Shown: positions 7,952 through 16,513 of the stretch, in pieces | Position numbering within the stretch: position 1 is the first letter of the stretch | Layout of the letters: every line of letters starts with the position of its first letter | Source: a virus | Lineage: Duplodnaviria > Caudoviricetes | Direction: 5' to 3' (one strand) | Virus record (IMG/VR): IMGVR_UViG_3300031774_000056 | Location: 1-38,334 of that record | Length of the DNA: 38,334 nucleotides | Translations under genes and position numbers: made by a program | The notes under the pieces: generated by a model | Database searches by the model: none | What the model was told of the DNA's origin: nothing | Seen by the model: the letters and a program-made list of their open reading frames with translations, nothing else

Positions 7952-8260
7952 ATGGCTTTTAAACTAAACAATCCTCCGTATACTAAAAAAACTCCGGTAT
8001 ATCATGTACCTATGGAAGATGGTGTAATGGGTAAAGCTAATAATAATGGAACTATTATTATAAATAAAGATGTAGATCCTGAGCAAGCAGAAAAAGTAGT
8101 AGCTCATGAAGAGGTTCACATTGATCAAATGAAAAGAGGTGATTTAAATTATGATGATGAAAACGTGTACTGGAAAGGAAAGACATATCCAAGAAGCGAA
8201 ATGAATGAAGGTGATTCTGCTTTACCTTGGGAAGATGAAGCATATAAAAAAGTAGTATGA
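7952..8260 (+). CDS. Small zincin-like metallopeptidase (HExxH)
   Basis: GTIIINKD...VVAHEEVHIDQ and downstream LPWEDEAY (candidate third ligand Glu). Confidence 0.75.
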   Translation: MAFKLNNPPYTKKTPVYHVPMEDGVMGKANNNGTIIINKDVDPEQAEKVVAHEEVHIDQMKRGDLNYDDENVYWKGKTYPRSEMNEGDSALPWEDEAYKKVV

Positions 8261-8715
8261 GTAAAAAGAAATTCAAAGACACAACCGTTGGACAATTATT
8301 GTTTGGAGCAGCTTCTGTAATAAATCCTACTTTAGGAAATATATTACAAGGCGTAACTTCACCAAAAGAGGCTATTGAAGCTATTACTAAAGCCGATGCT
8401 CCTGCAGAGGATAAGGTAAAACTACAACAAATAATATACGAACAACAAACAAAAGAAATAGAAGCTATCACATCTAGATGGAAAGCGGATTCTATGTCTG
8501 ATTCATGGCTAAGTAAAAATGTACGTCCACTAGTATTAGTGTGGTGTATAGTTATATTTTCAATGGCAGGAATTTTAGACAGTATAGAGACGCTACCATT
8601 TCATATAAATGAATTATGGAATGATACTTTCGAGAAAATAATGATGTCAGTCGTCTTAGCCTATTTCGGTGGACGAACGACGGAAAAAGCAAGTAATATA
8701 TTTAAACAAAAATAA
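8257..8715 (+). CDS. Holin, GTA 3TM-like family
   Basis: RWKADSMSDSWLSKNVRP, hydrophobic helices, and YFGGRTTEK, a pattern characteristic of GTA_holin_3TM-like proteins. Confidence 0.75.
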   Translation: MSKKKFKDTTVGQLLFGAASVINPTLGNILQGVTSPKEAIEAITKADAPAEDKVKLQQIIYEQQTKEIEAITSRWKADSMSDSWLSKNVRPLVLVWCIVIFSMAGILDSIETLPFHINELWNDTFEKIMMSVVLAYFGGRTTEKASNIFKQK

Positions 8716-8723
8716 AAATTAAA

Positions 8724-9284
8724 ATGGGATATTTTAGCAAAGCAATAGCTATAACAAAAAGCGATACAATAAATACTCTTCCAGCATGGGAATTTATGAA
8801 TCAAACTGGAACTCTAGGTACTTACTTAGCAGGTTCTTTAATTTATGTTGGAGGTGCAGGAGATGTTAATGTTATCCCTGCAGGAACAGTAGGTGTACAA
8901 AACACAGTAATATCTTTAAGTATGATTAACGATCAAAGAGGTACTAACTATACAGCTGCTAATAACGTTGCCACAACATCAACTGGTAGTGGATCAGGTT
9001 TAACAGTTAATACTACCGTTGCTTTTCAATTAGTAACTGCTGTTGCTGTAGGTAATAGTGCTGGTAGTGAATACAAAGTAGGTGATATAATAACAATTAC
9101 TGGTGGTGACGCTAATGCTAAAGCTACAATAACAGAAATAAAAAGTTTATTACCTGTTGTAGGAGATGGAGTTGAATTTTCTGGATTAGACGCGGGAGAT
9201 ATTGTACCTATATATGTTGATTACGTATTAAGTACAAATACTAGCGCTACATTGTTAGTAGCTGGTAGAGAATCATCTATGTAA
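8724..9284 (+). CDS. Probable virion structural protein
   Basis: Thr/Gly/Val-rich; LIYVGGAGDVNV; inserted module GTNYT...GSGSGLTVNT...GSEYKVGDIITITGG seen in tail and fibre proteins. Confidence 0.6.
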   Translation: MGYFSKAIAITKSDTINTLPAWEFMNQTGTLGTYLAGSLIYVGGAGDVNVIPAGTVGVQNTVISLSMINDQRGTNYTAANNVATTSTGSGSGLTVNTTVAFQLVTAVAVGNSAGSEYKVGDIITITGGDANAKATITEIKSLLPVVGDGVEFSGLDAGDIVPIYVDYVLSTNTSATLLVAGRESSM

Positions 9285-9295
9285 ATAATTAATAT

Positions 9296-9308
9296 ACGGG
9301 TGACTATA
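9296..9308 (+). promoter_or_regulatory. Putative late-promoter motif, copy 2 (ACGGGTGACTATA)
   Basis: Intergenic, ahead of the packaging and head operon. Confidence 0.45.
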
Positions 9309-9346
9309 TAAATAAGAATAATAACAAATTAAATTAAATTAAAATT

Positions 9347-9598
9347 ATGAGTAAAGAAATTAAAAAAATTACTGACGAGCAATTAGAAAAAGTAAATAAA
9401 CAGCAAAATGAACTTAGTGAATTACTAAGATCATTAGGTGTATTAGATGTTCAAAAACAAAATTTACATCAAAAAATTAGTGATCTTTCTAAAGTTATTG
9501 AAGAAACTAAAAAAGAATTAGAGGAAGAATATGGTTCTGTTAATATCGATTTAAAAGACGGATCATATACTGACATCGAAAAAGAAGATGCAAAGTAA
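9347..9598 (+). CDS. Small coiled-coil protein
   Basis: Heptad-rich helical hairpin ending in YGSVNIDLKDGSY; (AAATT)x3 leader. Confidence 0.75.
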   Translation: MSKEIKKITDEQLEKVNKQQNELSELLRSLGVLDVQKQNLHQKISDLSKVIEETKKELEEEYGSVNIDLKDGSYTDIEKEDAK

Positions 9599-9815
9599 TA
9601 TTAGAAAAATCAGTATTGGATCTGATTATAAAAATGATGCCATGCATTACGCGATTGGACAACAGGTCTATGGTGGACATGATATAGCTTATATCGTATA
9701 TGATGAATCCGATAATTCTTATAATATTTATATAAAGAAAAACAATGAGGTGTTGCCTTGGAAGAAGTTTAATTCTAACATGGCAATATCTGTTGAGTAT
9801 GATTTAGAATACTAA
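9588..9815 (+). CDS. Hypothetical phage protein
   Basis: 75 aa (IRKISIGSDYKNDAMHYAIGQ); overlaps both neighbours. Confidence 0.75.
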   Translation: MQSNIRKISIGSDYKNDAMHYAIGQQVYGGHDIAYIVYDESDNSYNIYIKKNNEVLPWKKFNSNMAISVEYDLEY

Positions 9816-10420
9816 TGAAAAGTTTATATGATTTTATTATACAACCTTTAGGTGATAAATATAGTAACACGGTAAAGATTGGAAACAAAAATATTGTTGT
9901 TAATACTAAAATTGAAAACTGGAAGTTTGTAAATAGATTAGCAATAGTAAAACAAACTCCTTTAGCTTTTAATACTAAAATAAAAGTAGGAGATATTGTA
10001 GTAATTCATCAAAATGTTTTTAGAACCTTTTATGATATGAGAGGTGAAAAAAAGAAAAGTAGATCTTACTTTAAAGATGATTTGTATTTTTGTGCTATTG
10101 ATCAGGTATATTTATATAAAAATAAAGAAGGTTGGCATAGTTTTGGCGATAGATGTTTTATAAAACCTATTAAAGATACTGATGATCTAACGTTAGATAA
10201 AGAGAAAAAGTTAATTGGCATATTAAAATATGGTAATAACTCATTAAACGCACTTAATATTAACCCAGAAGACTTGGTAGGTTATACGCCGAATGGAGAA
10301 TGGGAGTTTTTAGTAGAAGGAGAGCGTTTATATTGTATGAAATCAAATGATATTGTTATAAAGTATGAGCGTAAAGGAAACGAAAAAGAATATAATCCAA
10401 GCTGGGCGAGTAGCAGTTAA
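9815..10420 (+). CDS. Tandem GroES-like (double Cpn10-fold) protein
   Basis: Two halves with GroES-like patterns: YDFIIQP...AIVKQTP...IKVGDIVVIH and GDRCFIKP...GILKYG...EDLVGY...FLVEGERLYCMKSNDIV. Confidence 0.6.
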   Translation: MKSLYDFIIQPLGDKYSNTVKIGNKNIVVNTKIENWKFVNRLAIVKQTPLAFNTKIKVGDIVVIHQNVFRTFYDMRGEKKKSRSYFKDDLYFCAIDQVYLYKNKEGWHSFGDRCFIKPIKDTDDLTLDKEKKLIGILKYGNNSLNALNINPEDLVGYTPNGEWEFLVEGERLYCMKSNDIVIKYERKGNEKEYNPSWASSS

Positions 10421-10640
10421 AGAATTAATTAAAGTTGCTAAAGAACCCATTATAGATTTTGGACCAGATATTTCCGCAGATAGATTAAAGAATGCTGCAG
10501 CTACTAAAAAATTAGCAATATTTGATGCTTTTGAGATTTTGAATAGAATACAAGAAGAGCAAGATATGTTAGAAAATAAACCTAAAGAAGTGAAAAAAGA
10601 AACTACTTTTAAAGGTTTTGCAGAAGGGAGATCTAAGTAA
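10365..10640 (+). CDS. Putative terminase small subunit
   Basis: Small helical protein directly upstream of, and coupled to, the large terminase. Call rests on position. Confidence 0.5.
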   Translation: MSVKETKKNIIQAGRVAVKELIKVAKEPIIDFGPDISADRLKNAAATKKLAIFDAFEILNRIQEEQDMLENKPKEVKKETTFKGFAEGRSK

Positions 10641-12850
10641 TGTACGAGCAAACTTTATATAAAGTATTACCTAATTATATTAAACCTAAAACTCTTAAAA
10701 AACAAAATAAATTTAAGAAGTGGGAGTATGGATATAATGAAGATCACGATATGGTGATTATATCTAAAACAGGTGAAATAGGTGAGGTATATGAAATTCA
10801 AAATTTAAAAATAGCTTTACCTAAAAAAGAAAAGGTTCATAAATTTGAAAATGATAGATGGAGTAAAACTGAATATCCTAAAGCTTTAAGTAAAATTAAA
10901 ACGGTTTTTGATTGGAAACAATATCCTCAAGACTTTAAAGAAAAGTGGTTTGAATATATTGATGAAGAATTTAAAAAACGTGAAGAAGGTTATTGGTTTT
11001 ATAACAATGGAAAAGCTACTTATATTACAGGTACTCATTACATGTATCTACAATGGTCTAAAATTGATGTTGGAGCACCAGATTATAGAGAAGCAAATAG
11101 ATTATTCTTTTTATTTTGGGAAGCTTGTAAAGCTGATATAAGAGCATATGGAATGTGTTATCTTAAGAATAGACGTTCTGGATTTTCTTTTATGGCTTCA
11201 GGAGAAGTTGTAAACTTAGCTACAATATCTAGTGATTCAAGATATGGAATACTATCTAAAACAGGTCCTGATGCTAAAAAAATGTTTACCGACAAAGTAG
11301 TTCCAATATCAGTTAACTATCCTTTCTTTTTTAAACCGATTCAAGATGGTATGGATCGACCTAAAACAGAATTAGCATATAGAGTACCTGCTTCTAAATT
11401 TACTAGAAAAAGTATAGAATCAGGAAGTGAGGATTTAGAGCTACAAGGTCTTGATACAACGATTGACTGGAAAAATACAGGGGACAATAGTTATGATGGT
11501 GAAAAACTAAAACTATTAGTACATGATGAATCTGGTAAATGGGAAAGACCAAACAATATTTTAAATAACTGGAGGGTTACAAAAACCACTCTAAGACTTG
11601 GTAGTAGGATTATTGGTAAATGTATGATGGGATCAACATCTAACGCATTAGATAAAGGAGGTAGAAATTTTAAAAAACTATATGATGATTCAGATGTTAC
11701 GAAAAGAAACAGCAATGGACAGACTCGCTCAGGACTATATTCTTTGTTCATTCCTATGGAATGGAATTACGAAGGATACATTGATTCTTACGGGATGCCT
11801 GTATTCGACACTCCACAAAGAAAAGTGCATGGACCTCATGGAGTACCAATTAAACTCGGAGTTGTTAAATATTGGGAGAATGAGGTAGAAGGATTAAAAG
11901 AAGATCAAGATGGTTTAAATGAATTCTATAGACAATTCCCAAGAACCACTAAGCACGCTTTTAGAGATGAATCTAAATCATCTTTATTTAATCTTACAAA
12001 AATATATCAACAGATAGATTTTAATGAAGATTTAAAAAACACATTAGGGGTTTCAAAAGGTAGTTTTCAATGGGAAAATGGTCATAAAGATACAAAAGTT
12101 ATATTTGTTCCAAACAATCAAGGAAGATTTTTAGTAACGTGGGTTCCACCTACGCATCTTCAAAACAAAAGATATTTAAAAAATGGAGTTAATTATCCTA
12201 GTAATGAGCATTGTGGTGCTTTTGGATGTGACCCATATGATATATCTGGAACTGTAGACAAAAGAGGATCTAATGGATCTTTACACGGTTTAACAAAATT
12301 TAGCATGGAAGAAGTTCCACCTAATCATTTTTTCTTAGAATATATAGCGCGTCCACAAACTGCTGAAATATTTTTTGAAGATGTACTTATGGCTTGTGTA
12401 TTTTACGGCATGCCAATATTAGCAGAAAACAATAAACCAAGATTACTTTATTATTTTAAACGTAGAGGTTATAGAGGTTTTGCTATGAACAGACCAGATA
12501 AAAAAAGAAATAAATTATCTGTTACAGAAAGAGAAATAGGTGGTATACCTAATTCAAGTGAAGACATTAAACAAGCTCACGCATCTGCTATTGAAACCTA
12601 CATAGAACATTTTGTAGGTTTAAAAGAAGTAGGTTATGGAGATATGTATTTTCAAAGAACATTAGAAGATTGGTCTAGATTTAATATAAATAATAGAACA
12701 ACTCATGATGCTTCAATTAGTTCAGGTTTAGCTTTAATGGCTTGTAACAAACACAGGTATTCACCTGTTAACAAGAGAGAATTAAAAGCTGTTGATCTAG
12801 GTATAAAAAAATACAACAATAAAGGAACTTTATCAAAAATTATAAATTAA
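10640..12850 (+). CDS. terL: Terminase large subunit
   Basis: Walker A-like LKNRRSGFS, Walker B LLVHDESGKW, coupling motif MGSTSN, RNase H-like nuclease AFGCDPYD, ILAENN and HDASISSGLA. Confidence 0.92.
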   Translation: MYEQTLYKVLPNYIKPKTLKKQNKFKKWEYGYNEDHDMVIISKTGEIGEVYEIQNLKIALPKKEKVHKFENDRWSKTEYPKALSKIKTVFDWKQYPQDFKEKWFEYIDEEFKKREEGYWFYNNGKATYITGTHYMYLQWSKIDVGAPDYREANRLFFLFWEACKADIRAYGMCYLKNRRSGFSFMASGEVVNLATISSDSRYGILSKTGPDAKKMFTDKVVPISVNYPFFFKPIQDGMDRPKTELAYRVPASKFTRKSIESGSEDLELQGLDTTIDWKNTGDNSYDGEKLKLLVHDESGKWERPNNILNNWRVTKTTLRLGSRIIGKCMMGSTSNALDKGGRNFKKLYDDSDVTKRNSNGQTRSGLYSLFIPMEWNYEGYIDSYGMPVFDTPQRKVHGPHGVPIKLGVVKYWENEVEGLKEDQDGLNEFYRQFPRTTKHAFRDESKSSLFNLTKIYQQIDFNEDLKNTLGVSKGSFQWENGHKDTKVIFVPNNQGRFLVTWVPPTHLQNKRYLKNGVNYPSNEHCGAFGCDPYDISGTVDKRGSNGSLHGLTKFSMEEVPPNHFFLEYIARPQTAEIFFEDVLMACVFYGMPILAENNKPRLLYYFKRRGYRGFAMNRPDKKRNKLSVTEREIGGIPNSSEDIKQAHASAIETYIEHFVGLKEVGYGDMYFQRTLEDWSRFNINNRTTHDASISSGLALMACNKHRYSPVNKRELKAVDLGIKKYNNKGTLSKIIN

Positions 12851-15255
12851 TGAATATATATACTAATACCAATAGTGCTTTCCCTAGTCAAGTAGTGAGT
12901 GATGCTGAAAAAGCAAGTATTGAATATGGGAGTCAAGTTGCTATGGCCATAGAATATGAATGGTTTAAGACAGGAAGAACTAATGGAAATAGGTATTTAA
13001 CTAATTGGAATCAATTCCACCAATTAAGATTATATGCTCGTGGAGAACAAAGCATACAAAAATACAAAGATGAATTATCTATTAATGGTGATTTGTCTTA
13101 TCTTAATTTAGATTGGCAACCAGTTCCTATATTATCTAAATTTGTAGATATAGTTGTAAACGGTATATCAGCTAAAACATATGATATTAAAGCTTATGCT
13201 CAAGATCCAGAGTCTATAAAGCAAAGAACTAAGTACGCTGCTAAAATACAAGAGGATATGCTTGCTAGAGAATATCTTAATTCTTTAAAGCAATCTTTAG
13301 GTATAAATTTATACCAAAGCTCTTCACCTGAAATACTACCTGAAACTCCTGAAGAACTTGAACTTCACATGCAACTATCTTATAAGCAAAGTATAGAGAT
13401 AGCTGAAGAAGAAGCTATATCTTCTGTTATGGATCATAACAAATACGATTTAACAAAGCGAAGATTAAACATGGACTTAGCTGTTTGTGGTATTGCAGCT
13501 TGTAAAACAAACTTTAATACAGCTGAGGGTATAACAGTAGATTATGTAGATCCAGCTTATATGGTTTATTCATATACTGAAGATCCTAATTTTGAAGATA
13601 TATATTATGTAGGAGAAATAAAGTCTATTACAATTCCTGAACTTAAAAAAGAATTTCCTGATATATCTAATGAAGAATTAGAAAGAATACAGAAAATGCC
13701 TGGAAATAGAAATTATATTACAGGTTGGGGAGGTTATGATGAAAATACTGTTCAAATAATGTATTTTGATTATAAAACATATCATAACCAAGTATTTAAA
13801 ATAAAACAAACAGATCAAGGTTTAGAAAAAGCCTTAGAAAAAGATGATACTTTTAATCCTCCACAAAATGATGGTTTTGAAAAAGTAAGTAGAAGTATAG
13901 AGGTTTTATATAGTGGTGCTAAAGTGCTAGGAACTGATACTATGTTAAAGTGGGAACTTGCTGAAAACATGTCTAGACCTATGTCAGATACTACAAAAGT
14001 AGAAATGAATTACGCGATATGCGCGCCACGTATGTATAAAGGTAGAATAGAATCACTTGTAAGTAAGTGTATTGGTTTTGCTGATATGATACAATTAACC
14101 CACTTAAAACTACAACAAGTGTTAGCTAAAATGGTACCAGACGGTGTTTATTTAGACATGGACGGTCTTGCTGAAGTTGATTTAGGTAACGGAACTAACT
14201 ATAATCCAGCAGAAGCATTAAATATGTATTTCCAAACTGGTAGTATTGTTGGTAGATCTCTTACTCAAGATGGTGATATGAATCCTGGAAAAGTTCCTAT
14301 TCAAGAATTAACAGCTAGTTCTGGCCAAGGTAAGATACAAAGTTTAATTTCTACATATCAATATTATTTACAAATGATAAGAGATGTGACGGGATTAAAT
14401 GAAGCGAGAGATGGTAGTACACCAGATAAACAAACATTAGTTGGTTTACAAAAAATGGCAGCTAACGCGTCTAACGTAGCTACTAGACACATCAAACAAG
14501 CTGGTTTATATATAACATTAAGGATAGCAGAAAATATTGCTTTAAAAATAGCAGACGCATTAGAATTTCCATTAACAGCTGAGTCTTTAGTTAATAATAT
14601 TTCTAATTACAATGTAAATACTTTGATTGAGGTTCAAAACCTTAATCTTCATGATTTTGGTATATATTTAGAATTAGAACCAGACGAGGAACAGCAAGCT
14701 CAATTAGAGCAAAATATTCAAATGGCTTTACAGCAAGGTGGGATTGATTTAGAAGATGCTATAGATTTAAGACAAATAAAAAACCTTAAATTAGCTAATC
14801 AGTTATTAAAAGTAAAACGTAAAGCTAAAGGTAAGCAAGATCAAGAAAACTCTATGGCTCAAGCTAGAGCTCAATCTGAAGCTCAAGCTGATGCAGCTGA
14901 AAAAATAGGTTTAGCAGAAGTTCAAAAACAAGAAGCTATTTCTGGATCTAAAGTTCAATATGAACAAGCAAGATCTCAGATGGAGATTCAACGTATGCAA
15001 ACCGCTGCACAATTAGAACAAGAAAAAATGCAGGCTCAATTCCAGTATGATATGCAATTAAAGCAGATGGATATGCAGTCAATGCAAGATAAAGAACAAA
15101 GAATAGAAGATCGTAAAGATAAGCGTATAAAAATGGAAGGTACGCAACAAAGTCAGATGATAGATCAAAGAAAAAATGATTTAATGCCAATTGATTTTGA
15201 AAAAGAAGGTGCAAATCCACAAGCTGATGGAATGCCGCAAGGACCAACAGCTTAA
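12850..15255 (+). CDS. Portal protein
   Basis: 801 aa directly after terL; IRDVTGLNEARDG; long Gln/Glu-rich C-terminal coiled coil resembling the P22-type barrel. Confidence 0.85.
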   Translation: MNIYTNTNSAFPSQVVSDAEKASIEYGSQVAMAIEYEWFKTGRTNGNRYLTNWNQFHQLRLYARGEQSIQKYKDELSINGDLSYLNLDWQPVPILSKFVDIVVNGISAKTYDIKAYAQDPESIKQRTKYAAKIQEDMLAREYLNSLKQSLGINLYQSSSPEILPETPEELELHMQLSYKQSIEIAEEEAISSVMDHNKYDLTKRRLNMDLAVCGIAACKTNFNTAEGITVDYVDPAYMVYSYTEDPNFEDIYYVGEIKSITIPELKKEFPDISNEELERIQKMPGNRNYITGWGGYDENTVQIMYFDYKTYHNQVFKIKQTDQGLEKALEKDDTFNPPQNDGFEKVSRSIEVLYSGAKVLGTDTMLKWELAENMSRPMSDTTKVEMNYAICAPRMYKGRIESLVSKCIGFADMIQLTHLKLQQVLAKMVPDGVYLDMDGLAEVDLGNGTNYNPAEALNMYFQTGSIVGRSLTQDGDMNPGKVPIQELTASSGQGKIQSLISTYQYYLQMIRDVTGLNEARDGSTPDKQTLVGLQKMAANASNVATRHIKQAGLYITLRIAENIALKIADALEFPLTAESLVNNISNYNVNTLIEVQNLNLHDFGIYLELEPDEEQQAQLEQNIQMALQQGGIDLEDAIDLRQIKNLKLANQLLKVKRKAKGKQDQENSMAQARAQSEAQADAAEKIGLAEVQKQEAISGSKVQYEQARSQMEIQRMQTAAQLEQEKMQAQFQYDMQLKQMDMQSMQDKEQRIEDRKDKRIKMEGTQQSQMIDQRKNDLMPIDFEKEGANPQADGMPQGPTA

Positions 15256-15263
15256 TTATTAAT

Positions 15264-15288
15264 TATTTAATTATATTATATTATGTCA
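15264..15288 (+). repeat. 25-nt leader identical to 18023-18047
   Basis: TATTTAATTATATTATATTATGTCA spans the start codons of the scaffold gene and ORF 18042. Confidence 0.85.
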
Positions 15289-16497
15289 GAATTAAAAACA
15301 AATGAACCTGTTAAACAGGAAGGTGACTTTAAAATAAAGTCTAAGCCTAAAAAACCTAAACAATTAGGTAATAGTGAACAGGAAGTAAAGAAAGTAAATT
15401 TAAAAGAACCGTTAGTAGAAATACCTAACGATGTTACCAAGGTTACAATACCTAAGGAAGCACTTAAAGAAGAAAACAATGCCATTCAAATCGGAGAAAC
15501 AAAGGAAGTACCTGTGGAAAAACCATCCGGAGATAGCGCAGAGGTGGGAGAACCTATACAAGAGTCCAACGAGACTACTGAAGGGTTTTCTCCAATCAAA
15601 GAAGTAACGGAAGAAGTTAAAAAAGTAGAAGCAGAAATAAAAGAAGCTATTAGAGATGAAAAAGTATTAGGTAAACAATTACCTGAGAATATCGAAAAAC
15701 TAGTTAATTTTATGGAAGAAACTGGTGGGACAATAGAAGATTACACTAGATTAAATGCTGATTATACTACTGTAGATGATACTACTTTATTAAAAGAATA
15801 TTATAAGCAGACTAAACCACATTTAGATGCTGAAGAAATAGACTTTATCATGGAAGATAAATTCGATTTCGATACAGAAATTGACGAAGAGCGTGACGTC
15901 AAAAAGAAAAAACTCGCTAAAAAAGAGGAGATTGCAAAAGCTAAAAGCTTTTTAGAAGAAACTAAGAATAAATATTACGACGAAATCAAGTTGAGAACCG
16001 GCGTAACTCAGGATCAACAAAAAGCTATGGACTTTTTCAATCGATACAATAAGCAGCAAGAAATAGCTGAGCAACAACATCAAACATTCCAGGAAAATAC
16101 AAAACAACTTTTCAATGAAAATTTCGAAGGTTTCGATATATCGGTGGGAGATAAAAAATATAAGTACAATATAAAGGATGTAGATAAAGTTGCTGAAAAC
16201 CAATCAAACATTAACAATTTAGTTAAGAAGTTCTTAGACAATGAAGGTAATGTTACTGATGCGGCTGGTTATCACAAAGCAATTTATGCGGCTGAAAATG
16301 TAGATAGAATCGCGTCTCATTTTTATGAGCAAGGAAAAGCAGATGCAGTTAAAGACGTGGTGAATAAATCTAAAAATTTATCACCTATAAAAGCTAGAAC
16401 CCAACAAGGTGAAGTTTTTGTAAATGGCTTTAAAGTTAAATCTGTTTCTGGAGCTGATTCTTCTAAATTAAAAATCAAAAGAAGAAAATTTAACTAA
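15283..16497 (+). CDS. Probable capsid scaffolding protein
   Basis: Acidic, Glu/Lys-rich and helical; lies between portal and major capsid. Confidence 0.7.
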   Translation: MSELKTNEPVKQEGDFKIKSKPKKPKQLGNSEQEVKKVNLKEPLVEIPNDVTKVTIPKEALKEENNAIQIGETKEVPVEKPSGDSAEVGEPIQESNETTEGFSPIKEVTEEVKKVEAEIKEAIRDEKVLGKQLPENIEKLVNFMEETGGTIEDYTRLNADYTTVDDTTLLKEYYKQTKPHLDAEEIDFIMEDKFDFDTEIDEERDVKKKKLAKKEEIAKAKSFLEETKNKYYDEIKLRTGVTQDQQKAMDFFNRYNKQQEIAEQQHQTFQENTKQLFNENFEGFDISVGDKKYKYNIKDVDKVAENQSNINNLVKKFLDNEGNVTDAAGYHKAIYAAENVDRIASHFYEQGKADAVKDVVNKSKNLSPIKARTQQGEVFVNGFKVKSVSGADSSKLKIKRRKFN

Positions 16498-16513
16498 TTA
16501 AAAATTTAAAATT

